Shown piece by piece: positions 12,222-24,900 of a stretch of 64,000 nucleotides of DNA. Origin of the DNA: the human T2T-CHM13v2.0 reference genome, Homo sapiens; NCBI RefSeq assembly GCF_009914755.1, contig NC_060940.1. The stretch is one strand, 5' to 3'. The position numbers and the translations under genes were made by a program. Within the stretch, counting starts at the first letter, position 1; each line of letters opens with the position of its first letter. The notes beneath the pieces were generated by a model that worked only from the letters and a program-made list of their open reading frames with translations, was not told the DNA's origin and did no database searches.

Positions 12222-13856
12222 ATCATCATCATCACCATCACTATCATCACCACCATTATCACCACCATCACCATCATCACCATCACCATCATTGTCACCA
12301 TCACCATTATCACCATCACTACCATTACCATCACCATGATTACCACCATCACCATCACCACCATCATCACCATCACCACCATCATCACCATCACCATCAC
12401 CATCATCACCATCATCACCATCACCATCATCACCATCACTACCATTACCATCACCATGATTACCACCATCATCACCATCACCACCATCATCACCATCACC
12501 ACCATTATCACCATCACCGTCACCATCATCCCCATCATCGTCACCATCACCATCATCACCATCACTACCATTACCATCACCATGATTACCACCATCATCA
12601 CCATCACCATCACCATCATCCCCATCATCGTCACCATCACCATCATCACCATCACTACCATTACCATCACCATGATTACCACCATCATCACCATCCACCA
12701 TCATCACCATCACCATCACCATCATCCCCATCATCATCACCATCACCATCATCACCATCACTACCATTACCATCACCATGATTACCACCATCATCACCAT
12801 CACCACCATCATCACCATCACCATCACCATCATCCCCATCATCGTCACCATCACCATCATCACCATCACTACCATTACCATCACCATGATTACCACCATC
12901 ATCACCATCACCACCGTCATCACCATCACCATCACCATCATCCCCATCATCACCATCACCATCATCACCATCACTACATTACCATCACCATGATTACCAC
13001 CATCATCACCATCCACCATCATCACCATCACCATCACCATCATCCCCATCATCGTCACCATCACCATCATCACCATCACTACCATTACCATCACCACCAT
13101 CACTACCATTACCATCACCATGATTACCAACATCATCACCATCACCACCATCATCACCATCACCATCGTCACCATCGCCATCACCATCATCCCCATCATC
13201 ATCACCATCACTACCATCACCATCATCACCATCACCATCATCACCATCATCATCACCATCACCATCATCACCATCACTACCATTACCATCACCATGATTA
13301 CCACCATCACCACCATCACCATGATCACCATCACCATCATCACTATCACCACTATCATCACCATCTTTACCATCTTCACCATCATCACCATCACACCATC
13401 ACCATCATCATTACCACCGTCATCATGATCTTTGTCATCTTCACCATCACCACCATCATCATTACCATCTTTACCATCTTCACCATCATCACCACCATCA
13501 TCACCATCACCATTATCATTACCACCGTCATCATGATCTTATCATCTTCACCATCACCACCATCATCACCATCTTTACCATCTTCACCATCATCACCACC
13601 ATCATCACCATCACCACCATCATTACCACCATCATCATGATCTTTACCATCTTTACCATCACCACCATCATCATCACCATCTTTACCATCTTCACCATCA
13701 TCACCACCACTACCATCATTACCAACATCATCATGATCTTTACCATCTTCACCATCTTTACCATCATCACCATCATCACCACCATCATCATGATCTTCAC
13801 CATCATTGTCTCCATCATTACCATCTTCACCATCATCGCCATCATCCTCTTCATCC
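12222..13856. repeat. (CAT/CAC)n compound array, ~1.6 kb, with higher-order structure
   Basis: Directly visible; marker ccatgattacc recurs 9 times between 12334 and 13292. Confidence 0.98.
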
Positions 13857-13859
13857 CTT

Positions 13860-14070
13860 CCTAACGCTGACAGAATCCCCTGGCTTGGTACCAGGCACTC
13901 TTTTAAGTACTTGACATTGTTTTGTTGCATTATCATGACAATGTTTGAGGTGTCAACCTCTATTTTGTCACCTCTGTTTTTCAAAAAAGAAGACTGGGGC
14001 TCTAAGAGGAAACAAGACTTGCCCAAAGTCACCCAGCTGGCAACTGACAGGGCTCCTCCTGCAGTGGCCA
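13860..14070 (-). mobile_element. MIR
   Basis: taccaggcactcttttaagtactt...gacttgcccaaagtcacccagct. Confidence 0.7.
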
Positions 14071-14530
14071 CAGTCACCCTGTGCCAGGGATGTCCAGCTC
14101 CCTGGTATATGGCTTGCAGGAGTCTCATTGTGTGACAGGATGTGTTAGGTGGTTTGGTGGGGGAGTGGAATGAAGCCAGGATGCCTTGAGAGACAGCATC
14201 TCAGGATGGGGTGTTGAGCTGTCAACAGGATGAGACAGCTGGGCTGTCCCTGTGTGGAGGCGGATGGGGAGGCCACGCAGAACAGAAAGTCCCCTTGGGA
14301 GATCTGGTCCCACCCTGCCTGTGCCCCACCTGGCATCTCTCCCTCTCTGGGCCTCAGTTTCTTCATCTGTAAAGTGAAAAGCCTGGACCAGACCACCCTC
14401 AAGAGGCTTTCTGGTGCCAACATTCTCAGATGCTCCATAGACTTGCTCACATCACAGTCACATTGGGTTAAGCACAGAGGGCTACCTTCAGGGGAGGAAT
14501 CTTGAGCAGGTTTTGGAAGAGAGAAGAAAC

Positions 14531-14833
14531 GGCAGGGTGCGGTGGCTCACGCCTATAATCCCAGCACTTTAGGAGGCTGAGGTGGACAGATCACTTGAGG
14601 CCAGGAGTTTGAGACCAACCTGACCAACATGGCAAACCTCCATCGACACTAAATATACAAAAATTAGCTGAGCGTGGTGGTGCACGCCTGTAATCCCAGA
14701 TAATTGGGAGGCTGAGGCAGGATAATCGCTTGAACCCAGGAGGAAGAGGCAGAGGCTGCAGTGAGTGGAGATTGCACCACTGCAGAGCCTGGGCAACAGA
14801 GTGAGACTTTGTCTAAAATTAAAAAAAAAAAAG
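14531..14833 (+). mobile_element. Alu (S/J) element
   Basis: Full dimer with A tail. Confidence 0.95.
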
Positions 14834-14929
14834 AGGCTTTAAGTGTCAGAGATATGAGCCATTCCAAGCTGAGGAATGAACGTAGTGTGTGGTGAGGAAT
14901 GAAAGAGCAGACTCAGCCCATCACAGATG

Positions 14930-15420
14930 CACATAGCCCTGCATGGGGTTAGGCACTGTCTGAGGTACAGGGTGGACAGAAATGAGTAAGGCCTGGCACT
15001 CTGTGGCCCAGCAAGGGAGAGCCAGTGCACAGTGAGACACAGGACACAGTATGACATATGTGTGCCAAAATACAAGGAGGCAGCATAGAGGAGGTGACTT
15101 CTGAATGGGTCTTGAAGGATGAATAGGAGTTTGCTAGCTGGCAAAGCTGGCAGCAAGGGAGAGGATTCCAGGAAGGAGAAACATCACATACAGAATGAGT
15201 GAGGTGCGGGAGACTAGGGAGCAGCAGCTCAGGGTGGCCTGAGTCGGAGTTGGGGAGGCAGAGAAGAAGGGGCACTGAGACCAGGGACATAGCTGGGGGC
15301 CCCGACGGGGAAAGGCTGTGAGTCTAGAACTGAGTGAATATTCATGCTATGGGCACTGGGGTGCCATGTGAGGCTTCTGAGCAGGGGCATGACATGACGA
15401 AGTCCATGTTTATTCCTGAC
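14930..15420 (-). mobile_element. L2 fragment
   Basis: gaggaggtgacttctgaatgggtcttgaaggatgaataggagttt...gaggcttctgagcaggggcatgacatg. Confidence 0.7.
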
Positions 15421-15514
15421 CCCTTGGTGTTCAGGGACATTCTTGTGATGGGTAGGATGTTGTTTTCTTATTCACACTAACCCAGAGTTTCATTAACAAA
15501 GAGCTGCGTGTGCA

Positions 15515-15620
15515 GTGGGCTGAGCTCAGCACCATGTGCGGTGGGCTGAGCTCGGCGCCGTGTGCTGTGGGCTGAGATCGGCGCCGTATGCCAAGTGGGC
15601 TGAGATCGACGCTGCTCTGT
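15515..15620. repeat. 26-28-bp tandem repeat, ~4 copies (gtgggctgagmtcggcgccgtgtgc)
   Basis: Starts at 15515, 15541, 15567 and 15595. Confidence 0.85.
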
Positions 15621-18600
15621 GAGCGGCTGTATCTGCGCTCTGAGGCGTGCTGGTTTTGCTAGCAGCTTGGGCGGTGATGCAGGCCCCAGCACAGCTCACA
15701 GTTCGCAGCAGATGTAAAGGTTTTACCTGCCCTGAGCAAACGCCTGGCAGCGTTCAGTGTGGTGGAATCTACGCACAAGGCTCCGGGAAAACACAGGCCC
15801 CAGCTGCATTTGCAGAAACCGCCCAGGCACCGAAGCGCTGGGACTGTGCACACAGCTGGGGCAGGGCCCTGGAAGGACAGGCCCGAAGGCTGCAGCAGGC
15901 GCAGGGCAGGGTGGTTGATGGTCTCTCAGGCTTTTTCTGGTTATGAAATAGAATTCATGACCAGCGTGGAAATTTGGGAACTTGTGAAGGAGAAAACAAG
16001 TCACCCAGAAAAGATTCCAAGAGCAGCCACAGAGTTCACCTCCATCCGGACTCAGGCTGGGCCGCCCTGAGGGCCTGACGCAGGCCACCATTCATCTCTC
16101 TCAGCACAAGGATGGGGAAACTGAGGCACAGAGGGGCCAAGGCCACTAGCCCAAGGCCACCAGTAAGAGGCAGAGCTGGGATTGAACCCGGACGTCTGCT
16201 ACGCTGCCTCTCAGCAGGCATCTGGGCCACTTAGCAGCAAGTTGGGTGAGTTACCAGAACGAAATACATTAACACCTGTGACATCTTTGCACAGAGTCCC
16301 ACCAGGGACACAGGCCCGGCTGGCTACTGGTACCATTGCCATGAATGGTTCCACAGCATGGCCCCTGGTACACCCAGACATCGCCCCTGCCGGTGCCTCT
16401 GCTCATCCTTCCCACGTTTCCTTCCAGCCGTTGAAGAATCTCTTTGTTCATTCATTTATTCAACAAAGAGGAGTGTTCCTGGGTGCCGGGCGCCATCGCA
16501 GGCATGAGGCGCACTGTCCTCTGGCACCCGGCCTGGTCACATCTGACCACAGTGGGAATGCTGAGCCACACGGCCAGCCTGTGCAAGTTCAAAGACTAAA
16601 CGAAGGAAATCGTCTGACTGCCGAACTTCACCCCTTGGGAAATCAGAAGGAACGACTGGGCTCCAGCAGCAGGTGGCAAAAACGGAAGCATGATTTTTCT
16701 TTAATGTCACTAAAGGGAAGAAGAGCTGGCTGACGTGTGGGCCGGACTGGAGTGGATAAGCCATTTGGAGAGGAAAAGCTCCCAGGGAAACTTGCCACAT
16801 TTTTTTCTAGAAGAATGTTGGAAGATTCAGTGGCCAGGTATGGAAAAGAAAACCCGCGTACACTGAGGGCATTCATGGCAGGTTCAGGGCGGGCGGCACG
16901 CAGGCCCAGGTGCTGGGAGAAGGACGCCGCTGTTCACGGCGCAGCCGGGCCACAAGGGCCAGTTGTCTGCACGCCTTCGCCAGTCGCCCCAGCAACACAA
17001 AAACACACATCAATGCGCCTTTTACTGTGGGCCTTTCTCGCAGGCTCTGGATAAATGACTGAGCTGAGCAAAATGTAAATGCGTAGTTGTCCCCTGGAGA
17101 CATAATTACAGGAAAAAAAATGAGGACAGTGGCGATTCGGACTGCGGACGTCTGACTCCTTCACACAGCCGGGCCCGGTGTGAGGGGACGTCCGGGGTGA
17201 GAGGGGGAGGGAAGCTGCAGCAGGCACTGAAGGCCGCTGTCCCTCTCCTCGCCTGCCCCAGGCCTGCCCCAGGCACTGCCATTCCTTGGGCCCAGCCCGG
17301 GTGCCTCCGGGGCCCTCGCTCTGCCGCCGCCCGTGAACGGGCCCATTCATGCGCCAGCCGCTGGCTGGGGTTCCCGCGGCCGGCCGGTCTCCACCGCCTC
17401 TGTTTTCTTTTCATTAGAAGGATTCCCATTTTGAAGGTCTGCGAGGGCTGAGTGAGGGATGCTCCGGCTGAGCGTGTCTGGAGAGAGCAGCTGCCCACGG
17501 CCCCAGCACATTCACTGGGTTACCGCGGCAGATGGGGAAACTGAGGCTCGCGGGGTGTCCCGGCCACACGGCTGGCAGACAGCAGAGCTGGGGCTTGGAC
17601 CCAGGCCACCAGCTGCCTGCTGTGCCTGAGATTCCCAGAGAGGCTCCTAGGGCAGCCAGGAAGTGCAGGGCACAGGTGTGGTGTGTGCCCAGCCCAGACG
17701 CCAGGCCTCCTCCCAGCGTGCCCCGAGGCCCCCGAGGGCCCAGCCTCCTACTGGGTAAAGCAGGGAGGACGGCTCTGCCCGCTCATGCCGCCGGGAGGGC
17801 CAGAGGCACCAGAAGGCCAGGCCCCAGCGCAGGCTGGCTCTCAGCTGGGTCCCTTCAGCATCTCCCAGGAGGGACTTGCCAGAGCTGGAGGCAGAGATGG
17901 GACTCGACCCAGAGCCCACAGTTAGCCACCACTCCTGTGTCTTCTGCACACCAGGCAGGCCACAGGAGTCTTCCCAATGGGGCAGGGGCACAGACCGTGT
18001 GTCCAAAAGCAGCCCTGCTCAGAAGGCAGGAGCCGGGGTGGTGCAGGGCAGGGGGACTTCCCAGGGGAGGGGCGTTGCTGCTCAGAGCCTCACAGAGGGT
18101 GGGCAAGGTGGATCCTGCATGCCCAGACCCTCTGCCGACCCATGGGCCCGGTGGCTTCCGGCTACTCTCCCGCTGGGCCCGCCACCCATGGCAGCACGTG
18201 AATGTGTGAGCCGGTGTGTATGGCCTGCAGTGGGGGTGTGTGCCTGTGCCCCTGTGCAGGACGCCCTCGAGGCCACCCCTGTCCACCCCAGCTTTTTGCT
18301 CTCGACTGGGGCCATTCAGATGATGGGGCAGAAACGCTTGGGCCGTAGGCATCTGAGTCACGCGCCACCATCCGTCTGGAATGTCTCCTTGGACCGGGCT
18401 CAGCCGGGCTCCAGGCCCTGACACTCCCTCCCTCAAGCTTCCCTCTGTCCTTCCTCCCTTCCTCACTCCCCATCCTCCCTCCTCTATCTCCCTCCTCCAG
18501 CCCTCCCTCCTCTCTCCCACTCACTTTCCAAAGCCTTCCCCCTGTCCCAGCTGGCATCCTGTACCCACACAGGTCCTCAGGGCGCGGACCACGCCACCCC

Positions 18601-20389
18601 TCAAGCGCTGGCCTGCAGGTGCTGTGCTCTGTAGATGAAGATGTATTCATCCCCACTTTCGTATTCTAGAGCTTGTTGTTGTTGTTGTTGTTTGATGCCA
18701 GGAAAAAAAAATGGTTTTTGAGCCGAGCCCTGGCCAGGTGCCTAGGGCAGCACAGGGGTCACCACAGCGTGAGAGGAAGCCTGACCCAGGGACGGACACC
18801 TGCATCCTCAAGGACCCCAAGTCCAAAGAGCCACCCACTCCTCCTACCTTGCACATACCTGTTATGTCCAACTGTCCTAGACGCCCCAAGATCCCCCCAG
18901 TTCACCGCCAGGGAGTGGTGAGGCCGCAGCACCGTAGCCTCTAGGGGCCAGCTCTGCCCTCCTGACAGGTGGGCGCCATGATGTCATCTCCCAGATGAGC
19001 AAGTGGAAACTCAGAGAGGCCGCTGACTCACCCAGGCACACACGGCGGGCAGGGAGCAGGGGGCACCGGGGCCGGGCCTGTTTGTGCCCTTTTCTCTGCA
19101 GCATCCAGACCCAAATTGAGGGTCTACTCAGCAAAGTCCACGGGTACTGATTGTGTTCCAGAAATCCCAGGCTGGTAAAATAACTAGCGCCATATCAGCC
19201 AGGTCGCACGTTCTTGGAGAGGCCCCGTGATCGCTGTCCTCTGTGCTTGCACGCATCGTAACGGGGAGAGGACACACAAGCCCCTGCTCACCTCCTGCTG
19301 CACCCAGGAGCCGTCCTCAGGGAGGTGGGAGCTCATCAGAGGCCGTCCAGATGGGCTTCCTGCCCCATAGGGAGCGCCGAGTCTGCACCTCTGCCCGGCT
19401 GCTCACAGACCCCTGTATGTTGTGCAGACCCCAATGCTCGGGGCCCCCAAAGCTGCTCTCCCTTCCACTCCCACCCTGAACTAGGGAGAGGGTGGCAGCA
19501 GTCAGCACCTGGGACAGGCTCGACCACTAACTGCCACATCTTTGGGATGGGCTCTTTGCATCCTCCAGCCTCAGCTTCCCCTATCTAGCAAATGGGATTA
19601 AAGAGCCCATGAGATCACAGGTGAAGCTTGCTTTGAAAACTCCCAGAGTGTTTAAACGTCCCACATGCCACATCTCGGCCACAGGTCTGGTCCTCGCTCG
19701 GAGGTCTCCTCTCTCGAGAGCCCATCTGGGGCAGGCGTGGGCCCACACGTGGCAGGGGTGCGGCCTTGCTCTCAAGGTGCATGGTTGTCAGGATGGACGG
19801 GTGTCCACACACCCAGGCCATCAGCGCTGACCTCGAGTGCCAATGGCAATTGCCCTTGGAATCTGTCGGAGGCTTCTCGTGCCTCCCCCTGCATGGCGCT
19901 GGTTACTCGGTTTCATTTTTACATCAGGCAAAAGTCCAGGGGGTGACTCGTGTGAGCTGGCCCTCCTGACCGTCTACTGGGACCCAGGAAACCTCGCCCC
20001 CCGAGGTTGATCAGTAGCAGGCCTGGAGCTCTGGGCAGCATGTGGGCTTGGCCAGGGCATGAGACCTGGCTCAGTGGCTGTGGGTAAGTCTAGTCAGCAG
20101 CCTGCTGGGCCAGTTTCCTCCTGGAAAGCAGGGGCTAGGACCACCCGGGAGCCTTCCAGCTCTGCTGAGCTCACAGACACAGGGGACCTTCCCAGCCCCT
20201 GCTCCCTGCAGAGCACCCCATCAGGCAACTCCTTCCAGGAGGGGTGGACGTGGCCCTCCTTTTCAGCTCTCTGATGGCTTTGAGGGCTATGAAGAGGGGG
20301 AAGAGGCGCTGCCAGGGCCAGGCCAGGGGAGGGACGGGAATCAGGAGGCCAAGCCTGGAGCAAAGCTGCCCCCAGGAGGGTGCTGATAC

Positions 20390-20535
20390 CAGGATTCTCA
20401 CCTCCCGCCATTGACACCTGGGGCAGGATGATTCCTGTGCACTGGGGAGGCGTGGCAGCAGCCCCTGCCCCCCAGCTAGATGCCAGAGGTAGCTCCCAGT
20501 TGTAACAGTCCAAAGTGACTCCTGATGCTGCCACT
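20390..20535. mobile_element. MER20-like DNA transposon fragment
   Basis: ccattgacacctggggcaggatgattc...ctagatgccag...cccagttgtaacagtccaaagtgactcc. Confidence 0.6.
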
Positions 20536-20835
20536 GGGTTAGTCAAAGCAGGTGGGTGTGGAACATGGGGACAAGGCAAGGGGTGGACGGTGGCTCTGGG
20601 ACAGGGGAGGTGTGCCGCGGGCCTTGGCCAGGTTGCTAGTCCTCCCTGTGAAAGGGAAGAGGCAGTCCCACCTCGCGGGGTTGTCAGAGTCCTTCACACA
20701 GTGACTGGCCCGGAGTGGGTACAGGGTCATCCCCTGTTGTCACCATGCTTGTGAGCATGGACTCTGAGTGAGGGCTTCTGTCATTTCTCACGCCCAGGCG
20801 GCATTCAGGTGCCCCAGGGCTAGGAAAAGAACTTG

Positions 20836-22246
20836 TGTGCATGCATACACATGCAGTCACACACACACATACTCACACACAGACACGCACTCACACACAC
20901 AAATGCACTCACAGACATGCACTCATACACAAACACACACACAGACACACACTCACACACAAATGCACTCACAGACATGCACTCACACACAAATGCACTC
21001 ACACACAGACATGCACTCACACACAAATGCACTCACAGACATGCACTCACACACAAATGCACTCACACACGTGCACTCACACACCCAGACATGCACACAC
21101 ACACACGCACTAAAACACAGACATGCACTCACACATGCACTCACACATGCGCTCACACACATGCGCTCACACACAGACATGCACTCACACGCACTCACAG
21201 ACACGCCCTCACACAGACATGCACTCACACAGATGCATTCACACATACACAGTCACACACAGACATGCACACACACATGCACTCACACATACGTGCACAC
21301 ACACATGCACTCACACAGACATGCACACACACGCACTAACACACACGCACTAACACAGACATGCACTCACACACAGACGCCCTCACACAGACATGCACTC
21401 ACACACATGCACTCACACACGCACACACCCAGACATGCGCTCACACACATGCACTCATACACACACAGACACGCCCTCACACAAGACATGCATTCACACA
21501 CATGCACTCACACTCAGACATGCACTCATACACACACAGACATGCACTCACACACAGACATGCACTCACAGACGTCCTCACACACATGCACTCACACACA
21601 TGCACTCACACATGCACACACACCCAGACACACACACACACGCACTCACACAGACATGCACTCACATGCACTCACACACAGTCATGCCCTCACCCAGACA
21701 TGCACTCACACACACTCACAGACATGCACTCACACAGACACGCACTCACACACAGACATGCCCTCACACACAGACATGCACTCACACATATGCACTCACA
21801 CAGACATGCACTCACACACATGCGCTCACAGACATGCACTCACACACATGCACTCACACAGACACGCTCTCACACACAGGCATGCACTCACACACGCACT
21901 CACACACCCGGACATGCACTCGCACACACGCACACACAGACATGCACTCACACACACACTCACACACAGACACGCCCTCACACACAGACATGCACTCACA
22001 CACATGCATTCACAGACACACACACAGACATGCACTCACACACGCACTCACAGACATGCACTCACACGCACTCACACAGACATGCACTCACACACACGCA
22101 CTCACACACATGCACTCATGCACTCACACACAGAGACATGCACTCGCACACAGACACACACTTATACACACATGCACTCACACACAGAGACATGCATTCA
22201 CACACACGCACTCACACACAGACATGCACTCTCTCACACACACACA
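20836..22246. repeat. CA-rich compound repeat (cacacagacatgcact-like units), ~1.4 kb
   Basis: Directly visible; mostly alternating purine/pyrimidine. Confidence 0.98.
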
Positions 22247-22549
22247 CGGGTTTGGAAATTGAAGTCTTTCTTAGAAACAAGAACAGACCCAGTAGAAACG
22301 AGAAGGAAGGAAACGCCCTCTGGGGTCTTTGTCCACAGCCAGGGGACCCCTGGCCCTTGAAACTTTAGGAAACCCGCTTGATTGAAATCCTGATTAACTC
22401 GAGAGGGTTTCTTAGTTCTTCCCCATTTTCCATGGAAAGGGAGATCCCAGGACCTGGAGGCCCCAGATGATGCCATGGAAATGTGAGCCAAGCCTCGAGC
22501 CTCTGGGGCCTTTCAGCCCCTGCCCCTTTTTCAATTCACGTTTTCGCGT

Positions 22550-22860
22550 CCACTGGCAGGAATGCCATGTGCTGCGATGCCAGCACAGAAACCCCACTGC
22601 CATGTGCAGTTCCTTTTAGTTTATTCTATACCGTTCGCAGAGTCCCAAAACAGCTTCAGGAGGCAGACCAGATTGGGGGAGGGGCAGGCCCACTCATTGG
22701 CTCCACCAGAAGGCCCGTGGTTAGGCCACACCTTGCTTTACATAATAAAGGTGTCCTTAAAAGGGTGTGCAACTTGAACTTGCGTAAGTAAAGCGTGCTT
22801 GACCTGCTCCCGGGGGACCTTTGTCTGAAGGACTAATTCTGAAAGCATTCCTTTCTGCGA
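22550..22860. promoter_or_regulatory. Upstream motif module: CArG, M-CAT (TEAD), two CCAAT boxes, GC box, C/EBP-PAR site
   Basis: CCTTAAAAGG 22755; AGGAATG 22558; CATTCCT 22846; ATTGG 22672 and 22696; TTGCGTAA 22780. Confidence 0.45.
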
Positions 22861-23649
22861 AGTCCCCCCACTGCCACCCTATTTCTTAGAAGTCCACCAA
22901 GTTCATGACTTGGGATCCTCTGAAGTGGGGGAGGGCGATCCGTCCCCAGATGCTGCCCGTAACGCTGCACCCCTGCCCTTGGAGGAGGCCCACACGCCCC
23001 TGTCTGGGACAGCCGGGGACGGGCACGTACTGGGCCAGGGGGCTCTGCCTGGAGCCATCTCCGCCGTGTGGCCTTGGGCAGGTTCCCTGTCTTCTTCAGG
23101 CCTTGGTTTCCTTGGCTGTGAATGGAGATGTTGGACAAATGACCGGTAAGGGCCTCTCCCTCTCTAGGGGCCTGGATGGCTCCTAGCGCCCCACCAGCAA
23201 TGCTGCCGAACTCACGGGCCAGTCTGGGGCAGTCCCAGGGCTGGACAAGGGACCCAGAGTGGAGACACGAAGGTCTGGGGGCAATGTTAGCTCCCACCTA
23301 TGAGAAAGCGTGCCATGGGGACCTCCTTATGGTGCCTTCGAGGGCCAACTTGAGCCACTCAAACCGAACTTGCCCAGGCAGGTGCCAGGTGCCAGTCGGG
23401 ACATCCCCCACCTCCTAGACAGAAGCACAGGGGCAAGCGTGTCATGTGTGGGCACCTGGGGAGCTGGAGCGCAGGCCAGGGATGGAGATAGAGCAGCCAC
23501 TGGAAGCCACATGGGTAGCATTATGGCAGACGTTTTTTAAGTTGTGCTGAATGCAGCGTTTCCGTCTCAGCAGCAAGGCCTGCCATTCTGGGGTGGGCTG
23601 GCTGGGGAGTGTGAAGAGGGGGTTCAGGGAGCAATGCCTCAGGGCCCCC

Positions 23650-24900
23650 CATCGCCGGGGTGGGTCCCATGAAACAAACACCTAGGAAAAGCGGCGCTAA
23701 AAATAGCTGGGGGGAGGGTGCGGGGGCGGCGGAGTCTGTAACCTAAGCCGCCCCAGCCTCCGGGGGGCAGACCCCGCGGCCGCCGGCCGGCGTCCGGCCT
23801 TCCCAGCACCCGGCCCAGGGCTGGAGCTGGCTGCAGGGCTGGCCCGCGGCGACCTGGGCAGGGTGGCGGCTGCTCCCTCTCCTCCCACCCCGCCCCGAGG
23901 CGCAGCGCGCGGCAGAGCGGCTCGGTGCCCGGCGGGCGGGCGGCCCGGGCGGGCCTGCGGTCGGGATGAGGACGGCGCCTCCGCTGCAGAGCGCTGGGGC
24001 GGCGCGGGCCGGGAGCTCGTTGGCGGCGGCCGGCGTGGCGGGCGGAGCGGGCCTCGGAGCGGAGGTGAGTGCGGATGCGCCGCCCGGGCGCGCGCGGTGC
24101 CTGGGGACCCCGGGCTGGAACGCGGGGCGGGGGTGTCACCGGGCTGCGCGGGGGTCTCCGGCCCGGCTCCCGCTCCTGCGCCCTCGGGGGCCGCTCCCCG
24201 GCGGGGCCGGACCCTCCCAGCGCTCGCGGCGCCCGGCCCGGCTCCCCCGACCTCCTCCTCCCGGGCCCGGACGTGCGGGGCAGCGAGCGCCGGGGCCCGG
24301 CGGGGGCCGCAGCCTTGCCCGGAGCGGAGCGTTGGCAGCGCGGGGTCCGGCTCCGTGGGCAGTTTGGGAAGCGCCCGGGCAACGTACTGGCGAGGGCCGC
24401 GGAGCGAGGGGCTCGGGGAGCGGGACCTCCGGGCGGGGCTGCGGGGAGCGGGGCCCGGGCCGCCCCATTCATCGCGGATCGGAGCCGGGGGTGCCCCAGC
24501 CGTGCCGCCGCCTCCTCCGGGCCGCCCGCCCGGGCGTGCTGGCCCCGCGGCGCTCCGAGCGCGGCATAGGCTTGCGAGTCGGCGGTGTCAGCGCCCCGGA
24601 CGGGGGTGGGAGCTTTGGAGCCCACCCTGGGGGAGACCACGCCGCACCCCCGCCCAGCCCCGCGCACCCCCAGAGGCTTTTGCAGAGCCGGGAAGTTGGC
24701 TGGACGTCTAGACCCGTGGGGACGCGGCGCCCCGCGTGGCGGCGGCCGGAAGGGAAGGCCAATGGGGCTCGGGGGACTCCCGCGGCCACCCAGTCCTTGT
24801 CCCTGCACCCTGGGCCGAGGGCAGAGGGACAGGTCCCCGGCGGGGGCGGGGGGGCAGCTCAGCTGCCAAGTCCGCTCCTGCAGCGGAGGCGGTTAACTGC
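23650..24900. promoter_or_regulatory. CpG island / promoter
   Basis: Very high GC and CpG density over ~1.2 kb; GC boxes; MEF2 CTAAAAATAG 23697; EGR GCGGGGGCG 23720. Confidence 0.92.
23770..24064 (+). other. ZNF469: Probable first exon (5' end approximate) of a gene with a long first intron; tentatively the ZNF469 5'UTR exon
   Basis: Lies in the CpG island, ends at a GAG|GTGAGT donor, and no recognisable coding exon follows for 40 kb. Gene identity is from recollection of the 16q24.2 locus layout and is not verified. Confidence 0.5.

Noticed and set aside
12188-13864. His-rich, Thr/Ile-rich and Met/Val-rich ORFs up to 434 aa (also at 6560-7541)
   Set aside because: Translations of (CAT/CAC)n, which has few stop codons; no splice or promoter context
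20768-22368. 530-aa and 335-aa His/Thr-rich ORFs
   Set aside because: Artefacts of the CA-rich repeat; not C2H2 zinc-finger spacing
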